A stretch of DNA of 64,000 bases from Schmidtea nova (taxonomy: Eukaryota), in contig CM097882.1 in NCBI GenBank assembly GCA_044892505.1, positions 247,380,001-247,444,000 of the forward strand. Reading direction: 5' to 3'. The notes under the pieces are model-generated. The model saw nothing but the letters and a program-made list of their open reading frames with translations. It searched no databases and was not told where the DNA came from. A program made the translations under genes and the position numbers. The stretch's first letter is position 1. The number at the start of each line of letters is the position of its first letter. Positions 57,524 to 64,000 of the stretch are shown in pieces.

Positions 57524-58077
57524 CGGGATTACTTTTGTATACTCAATTTTCCTGTCTTATCGTGTTCCGATTCTTTTCTTCCTTAGTTGATTGGTTTGGT
57601 TTGATTGATTTATCTAAAATACAAATGTCACTTCAACGATACTCTATTGTTATCGTTGCGCTTTTATTCCCTTTTTACGGGACTTCTCATTACTGGGTTT
57701 CTATTATTTTTCCCCATTCCCAGATTCCCCTTTATTTAAGTCTATTTAAATTATCTATATACTAGTCACAATTATCTATTTAGTCATAACAATTATCTAT
57801 CGGTTATTAAAATACATCAATTATTTTTCCCGCGGTCTCCCAATTTATTTGTCGTTCGAACGCTCTAATTCCCTGAGTCATTTGACTCGATTATTATTTT
57901 TTCATCTCTTTATCTTTCTCTCTGCTAGCCTCTAATTATTAATTCTGCCGGTCTTTCCGGTCAGCTCCTATTTCTCGATTCTACTTGCATGCATTATTTT
58001 AGGTCGCATAATCAGCTTTACTCGCATTTCTCTATTATCGGTGCGCACTATTCTCATTATCGTCGACGATCACAACT

Positions 58078-58697
58078 CTGGGCCTATATTCCCTCTGTTG
58101 TTATTTCTTATCACTTGCAACCCTGGGCCTATATTCCCTCCGTTGCTACTCAAACGATTGTAACCCTGGGCTTATATTCCCTCCGTTACTATCTTCCTTT
58201 AATTTTAAATAATTGCAACCCTGGGCCTATATTCCCTCCGTTGCTACTCAACAATTGTAACCCTGGGCCTATATTCCCTCCGTTACTATATATCCGGATA
58301 TCCCTATTGGCTCCTTTGGCCTCTAATTAATATCAATTATCTCAAATGGCTCTTATGGCCTCAAATTCATATCTCAATTATCTTAAATGGCTCTATTGGC
58401 CTTAAATTCATATCTCAATTATCTCAAATGGCTCTATTGGCCTTAAATTCATATCTCAATTATCTCAAATGGCTCTATTGGCCTTAAATCATATCTCTCA
58501 ATAACGCCTAGCTAGGTCATTCAATATGGCTCTTTGGCCTCAACCCTTTGTTTCAAGGGACAAACCGCTGATAACCCTTTGTTTCAAGGGACAACCTCTA
58601 ATAACCCTTTGTTTCAAGGGACAAACCGCTGATAACCCTTTGTTTCAAGGGACAAATTCTAATAACCCTTTGTTTCAAGGGACAAACCGCTGATAAC
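58078..58697. repeat. Three adjacent tandem arrays upstream of gag
   Basis: 5x CTGGGCCTATATTCCCTCCGTT core (58078-58290); about 4x 41-bp TCTCAAATGGCTCTATTGGCCTTAAA (58310-58490); 5x CCCTTTGTTTCAAGGG at 58544, 58575, 58605, 58636 and 58666. Confidence 0.92.
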
Positions 58698-59171
58698 TTT
58701 TCCTTAACCGGTTAATCGTAATTCTTAACTTCGCTAGCGACTACAATTTCTCAGCTGAGTTCTCTCAATTTCATGCGAGCTGATTATGCACCTCTTATTT
58801 TTCTCTATAATTCCTCGATTCTTTGTTTTATTACTAATTCTTTCGCTGATCAGTCATAATTCAATTTTTATTATTTTCTCTGCGCGCATCTTACCTCCTC
58901 AGGGTTTTCCCTATTTCTCTCCCCAACCAAAATATACAAAAAGATCGCGTTGGTCTACTAATGCGGGATGTGGTGATCAATCACATCACAAAAGCTTTCC
59001 AACATTTGCGATTGGCCCCTTTCTATATACCCCGAGTGGGTTGATCAACTGGTACCTCCCAATGGGTGCTTAACGGACTACTTGACAGTAGCTCAAAAAT
59101 TAATTAACATTGTTGATTGCTCCCTTGACTTTGTCATTCGATACAATATATTAACACACTCTAAATATTTA

Positions 59172-59633
59172 TTATAAATAAACTACAATTTTATCAGCTA
59201 CAGAGAAATTGCACATGGGGCACTCATCACACTTATTCGCACAGTTTTTACAGAATCGAAAATGTCCACATGGCAAAAACATTATTTGGATTTCACTGTC
59301 TTCGCATATGTAACATTGTTTATATTGTTTTGCTGCCTCGACCCCTTGCGACATCCATCGGTTATATGTTAGACTTAACTGCTGTTCTATATGTCGGCAT
59401 CTGATATTCAACTCGGCATCCTCTAATCGTGCTTTGTACCATTTATATCGCGTATTTATATCGAGTTTATTTACTTTCTCTATGATTTTTATTAACTCAG
59501 TTGTTTCCTCAGTTTGTGTCGTAGGTTCCTCATATTCGGATGCTCTTATTCGGGTTATTTTTTCGCAGACTGTCTCAAATGTATCGTTCTCGGTGTTGAA
59601 AAATTCTTCGATTTCTTTCAGTTTTTCCTCCAT
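59172..59633 (-). CDS. 153-aa protein with a C-terminal IAP/MDM2-type RING finger
   Basis: CYIC..IMFLPCGHFRFCKNCANKCDECPMC..KIVVYL at the extreme C-terminus. No BIR motif seen. Confidence 0.85.
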   Translation of the reverse strand: MEEKLKEIEEFFNTENDTFETVCEKITRIRASEYEEPTTQTEETTELIKIIEKVNKLDINTRYKWYKARLEDAELNIRCRHIEQQLSLTYNRWMSQGVEAAKQYKQCYICEDSEIQIMFLPCGHFRFCKNCANKCDECPMCNFSVADKIVVYL

Positions 59634-59936
59634 TTCCTAGATAATTTATTTAATTACTGTGTTAATATTATTCGAAAAGTAGTACTGTGTTTCGTTTTCG
59701 ACAGTTTATAGCCTCCCCCCGTGTTTCGGTAAATTGTCGTCCCGACCTGTTATTTATGAATGCATTTGTTCAATTTATCTACTAATTTGTTTTAATTCTC
59801 TGTTTGTAATTATCTATTTCCACGCAACTCACTTTTATCTCGATTACTCTTTCGGTTACTATTTCTACTCACAAAATTCTTATTTTAAATTTCTCTGTTG
59901 TCATTGGGTTCGCATTTTCGCATAAAAACAAAGTTG

Positions 59937-59954
59937 ATCCCGGCTGAGCCCCCA
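59937..59954 (-). promoter_or_regulatory. Primer-binding site, tRNA-Pro type
   Basis: Minus strand TGGGGGCTCAGCCGGGAT, 16/18 identical to the classical tRNA-Pro PBS TGGGGGCTCGTCCGGGAT; 6 nt from the LTR. Confidence 0.85.
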
Positions 59955-60487
59955 AATTTATGCTGGGATTATGGGTGGGTTTTACGTAATTCAAATAAAC
60001 AATTAATCATACTAGGGATTCCGCGCCCATAACCATACATAACATGACTACTACACGCGTATGCCCTTGACTATTCCCCACTAGTCAAGTTGGTACTGCA
60101 TACGGTGGTGGAAAAATGATGGGCAGGTGAGCTTTGTCGCCAAAACTACTCCCCATTTATCTTCCCTCGGGTTCTTGCTGCCGATAGAAGGTCTTACGCA
60201 TTTACATTCTATGGATGTTCGTTTCCTACTGAATTTTATACTACATATCCCTATGATCTATCACACGCTTTTCCCAATGACGCTCTCCCTCGCTGTTCTA
60301 CAAGCCTACGAAAACTCTCGCTGCTAAGTAACGGTCGGTGTAGGTTTTACGATGCGATTTTTAGTTCTACGAATTACTTATGTAGTCTTATTTTATTTAG
60401 TGAAATCACACGATGAGAGAAAAAATTTACACAGTAATACTTTATTAAAATAATAAAGACAGGTTGTTATGTTACATGGAGATTTTC

Positions 60488-61072
60488 CTATTCAAACTCC
60501 AGGCTAATCTCCTGGATTAACTCTGCTTCGGTTAAGGAGTTCAGGTGGTGAATTTGTTCGTCCAGGCGCCTTGCAAATTCTCGGCGACGACGACGCTGTC
60601 GCGATCCCATTCGATGTTTTCGAAGCTGTGGGTTTATGGCCGGTGCTGACGCTATTGTTCTCGGGGGATCACTGGGAAAAATAGGCAAATCTTCCGTTGT
60701 AAGAGTGGGTGCCATGATGATTTCCTCTTCCGTCCCGCAAGCGACATCTTGGTGAGTGCATTGTATCCAGCGCTGAGCCGTGATCGGCCGGATTAGCGCT
60801 CGTAATTCGGAGTCGATGTAACTTCTTGTTACTGCGTTCAGGCAATTTCGGAGTTCTCGCTGGACGGCATCTAATTCCAATTTGGTTGTAGCCAATGCTT
60901 CCTGCACTCGCTCGAGTTTTTTCGACTGGTCCTTCATCTGTTCGGGCGAGAACCACTTCGCTTTCAATTCATCATTGGCGACCGTGAGTCGCTTGATCTG
61001 TCGCTGCTGGTCCCTCAGCTTTCTCTCTTGAATTTGTCCCATGATTTTCTTCGAATTTTCTGAAGTCGGCAT
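60488..61072 (-). CDS. LTR-encoded 194-aa protein (5' LTR copy)
   Basis: Identical translation to 35422-36006. Confidence 0.72.
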   Translation of the reverse strand: MPTSENSKKIMGQIQERKLRDQQRQIKRLTVANDELKAKWFSPEQMKDQSKKLERVQEALATTKLELDAVQRELRNCLNAVTRSYIDSELRALIRPITAQRWIQCTHQDVACGTEEEIIMAPTLTTEDLPIFPSDPPRTIASAPAINPQLRKHRMGSRQRRRRREFARRLDEQIHHLNSLTEAELIQEISLEFE

Positions 61073-61388
61073 GTTGTCTGAAGATTATAACGATAAATTC
61101 ACTGGAGGGCCTATCAACAATGTTATTTTATTTAAACAACTATTATTATTATTAAACGAGATGTATATTAATGTTTTTAATTGTTGAGTTCTCTACAAAA
61201 TTATTTAACTATCTAATCATTGAAGACTAAAAAGGTTTATTGAACTAATTTTATATTAATAAATGAATTTCCTAATGACTATAACAACTACAATACTAAA
61301 TCTACATGACAACACTATTAACAAAACGAACATTTCAGAATTCTTTAAAACATTTATTTAATTTAAAAACAGGCGGCCATTGATTCAG

Positions 61389-61865
61389 CTATTCATCCTC
61401 GGTCATTTTTCCTCGATACGAAAATACCGAGCGGATCTGCAAATTTGTATGGATTCCTGTGTTATTGGACGAGGCCTGCTGGAAACGGATTCTCTCAGCT
61501 TCTCGGAGGGGTCGGATGGCTGTATTGAACTTGAACCCCAATTCCTTGAAGGTAGAGGCTGGAATGAACCCCCAATAAATGACACATCTCGGGAATCCAC
61601 CTTTGTCCAACATCATGATGAACCAGGCGGCGTGCCATGATTCGTATTCCTCGTCTGGAATGATTGGCCAACTAGCGCATCCCCGGTACCATACGTGGTG
61701 CCGTGGATGGTCCCATACTGTAAATGGACAGGCGGTTTCGAGCTCTCGGCGCCATGCCCACATCTTTTGATGGATTTGCTGTAAAATCTCGAAAGGAGCC
61801 GGCTTTAATGGGCTAACTCGGGCTCGTTCTTGTCGTTTTTTGATAGTGTATCTATGCTTAGCCAT
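61389..61865 (-). CDS. LTR-encoded 158-aa protein (5' LTR copy)
   Basis: Identical translation to 36323-36799. Confidence 0.6.
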   Translation of the reverse strand: MAKHRYTIKKRQERARVSPLKPAPFEILQQIHQKMWAWRRELETACPFTVWDHPRHHVWYRGCASWPIIPDEEYESWHAAWFIMMLDKGGFPRCVIYWGFIPASTFKELGFKFNTAIRPLREAERIRFQQASSNNTGIHTNLQIRSVFSYRGKMTEDE

Positions 61866-63207
61866 GATTCCAAAACGATGCTGAATTTTATAATAGTTAC
61901 AATTTACATCAATAATTAATCATAGTAAATGTTATCTCTCATCGTGATTCCTCTATTATTTGCCTTCCCCTTAGACCTTAGCTGAAATCAAGAAAAAACT
62001 GTTGTTTGTTACAGTATGCATTACTCTCGTATCTACTTAGATTTATCTGTTTATGATCAATTTGATAGACGAAAAAATGATGATTTGTCTGCTTGGATTT
62101 TCAAAATATTGGTACCTCAAAACGGAAACTCTCTCCCGTCATGTATCCCTAGTTTATTCGAAAAAAAAACGCTCTTTTGTACCAAACGCGGTCGACATAA
62201 TTTTCCTAAGGTTTATTAGACGTTTATTAAACAGCGGCGCTATGGTGAGGGTGAAAAATTGTGCCTCCTCCCGGTTAACAACTTCTTTCATATCTTTAAG
62301 CTTTATCAAAAAATTCTCGTCCCCTCTGTAGCTAAAATGATCAGAAAATAATTTTCCGGATTTGTTGGGTGTCCCATGCGCAAGTCTCAACCACTACTGA
62401 TAAAATTATGCTTTACTATTTATTACTTTACCGTGTGTGGAGCCCTCGAGCACCACGCCACGGACGGACACCTTGGGAACCTAAAGCTCCCAACGGCGCA
62501 AAATTAATATGATCATTATATATTTTAATGTTGAGTCCAATCACAATAACGTTTAATTCATATAACAAATTTCAACACATGAATGCATAAACACATAAAT
62601 AATTAGATCAATAGATAAATGACAAAGCAAATGACACAATCATGAATAAAATAATACAGAAACCAAAATACCTAATTCGTCTGGGTTTGCTTCGATCGGT
62701 TCGTCTAGAATTCAAAGTCTATTTGATTAGTGAGCTAAATTTTACACTCTCAACTGACGTTGTAAGATTAGGTATTAAGTCTGTTTTATCCAAAGTCTGA
62801 TCAGTATTTATACTGATCAGTCTGATCTAGACTGACCAATCGGATTTGGCCGATTTCATGGTGGGTTTTAATTATTGTTTTTGATTCTAATTAATTTTTA
62901 TTTTTTTAGATTGTATTCTTCCTTGGAGGTCCGGGTTTCAAAAACAATTATTCAATAACAAGTACTTTTATTTGGTTTTAATTATTATTATTTGTATTTT
63001 ATTTGTTTTTAGATGTCTCCTGGGCCCGTTAATATCTATAAATTCATTTATTTTTATTTATAGCTTGTACTTAGTTATTCTATATTTTTACTATATTATT
63101 CCTTTCTTTTAATAAATAAATATTCCCCTTTTTACCTTATTTTTCTCTTTTTTGTTTTAATTAATCTACTTTTATTTCATTTTTTTCTCTATTTGGCTGG
63201 CCCAACA

Positions 63208-64000
63208 TTTGTTTGTAAGCATTTACAGGTGTTTTGTACATTGTCACTGTAATAAAATGAATTTTTGTGTTGATCATGACCATGTATGATATTACTGCAG
63301 GCTTATATACAAGTTTTTAAATTTTAAATCTGTTTTAAATGCACGAATGTCGTTAAGTAACACGTATATTGTAAAGCAATTTTTCCAAATGTGTTTTATC
63401 TTCTAAACTAATTTTCTATTCACTATTTTGTTAAATGTACCTCCATCACAATTTGCACAAGCGTATATCTAAGCAGTCCTATAAACAGGACACTAGCCAC
63501 CTGACGGCAAAATTTGTCATGTTTTAAGTAACTTATAATTGTGCAATGAGAGGTTCGAATGCCAACAATGACTTATGCTATTTCTAGTATTTTCTAAAAA
63601 TAAGTTCATTTACAGTCCAGCAAATTAAATCAATTTTTATTATCATACGTAATAATCTATTATAACTTAGGAAGATTATGCAATTATATAGTAAATTATT
63701 ATGAATTGTAAAGCAGTTGTATTAAATGCGTTCTTAATCCTCTAAAAAGGTTTAGAATTAGGATAAGCATATTTCTAAGCTGTCCTATATATAGGACATC
63801 AGAAGCATGCCACCAAAATTGTTCACGTTTTAAGTAACTTGTATTTGTGAATGAAAAATATAGTTGGCCGACAAAGACTTAGGCTATTCAAAACTTTCAT
63901 TTAAAATAACTTCTGCAATCCAGCAAATATATTCAATTTTTATTATCAATACTAATAATATATAATAATTCAGCAAAATTGTGTAATTGTAGTGCAATTT
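63208..64000 (+). repeat. Right half of the host repeat; degenerate about 300-bp subunits, each with a GTCCTATATATAGGAC-type palindrome
   Basis: Palindrome variants at 63476-63491 and 63782-63797 (perfect), also 34860-34875, 226-241 and 523-538. Confidence 0.85.

Larger units (their letters stand above)
34895..63207 (-). mobile_element. Giant (28,313 bp) Ty3/Gypsy LTR retroelement with envelope and accessory genes
   Basis: Two 3,247-bp LTRs at offset 25,066. TGCTGGG..CCCAACA termini. TTTG TSD (34891-34894, 63208-63211). PBS present. PR-RT-RH-IN order. Confidence 0.98.
59961..63207 (-). repeat. 5' LTR (element orientation)
   Basis: Direct repeat of 34895-38141, adjacent to the PBS. Confidence 0.97.

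Noticed and set aside
58544-58697. CRISPR-like look of the palindromic repeats (also the 3847-4200 motif array)
   Set aside because: Eukaryotic TE context, no cas genes, and spacers that are short and recurrent or attached to variable repeats.
59340-59633. BIR domain in the RING protein
   Set aside because: No CX2CX16HX6C pattern, so it is not called an IAP gene.
59925-59954. tRNA-like 3' end on the + strand
   Set aside because: Only 18-22 nt with no cloverleaf; explained as the PBS.

Overview
AT-rich eukaryotic DNA with four N gaps, almost entirely nested mobile elements. I found no convincing multi-exon host gene. The host is probably a flatworm such as a planarian (inference only). The main feature is an intact-looking 28,313-bp Ty3/Gypsy LTR retroelement on the minus strand (34895-63207). 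It has two 3,247-bp TG..CA LTRs, a 4-bp TSD (TTTG, confirmed by an empty-site copy at 1-1233) and a tRNA-Pro PBS. Its single 4,659-aa polyprotein runs Gag (3 CCHC), 3-4 ubiquitin-like domains, AT-hook, Bcl-2-like domain, internal signal peptide plus chuvirus/gB-like envelope, PR-RT-RH-IN, two ankyrin clusters, then a second signal peptide plus an FN3 domain. Separate cassettes encode an IAP-type RING, an FN3x3 membrane protein, a full-length TRAF, coiled-coil and TM proteins, and two LTR-borne ORFs. The spacers between the 3' ORFs are rich in TGTAHATA motifs, and most accessory ATGs follow a YAG. The left half holds a decayed Polinton/Maverick (11116-31731, AGTAG termini, 6-bp TSD ATTTAC). Nested in it are a Helitron with a duplicated 3' end, a mariner carrying a Gypsy fragment, and a MULE-type MITE. 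Further left are a foldback-like element with satellite arms (about 1240-6103) and a degenerate relic homologous to the giant element's LTR protein (about 9.1-9.9 kb).
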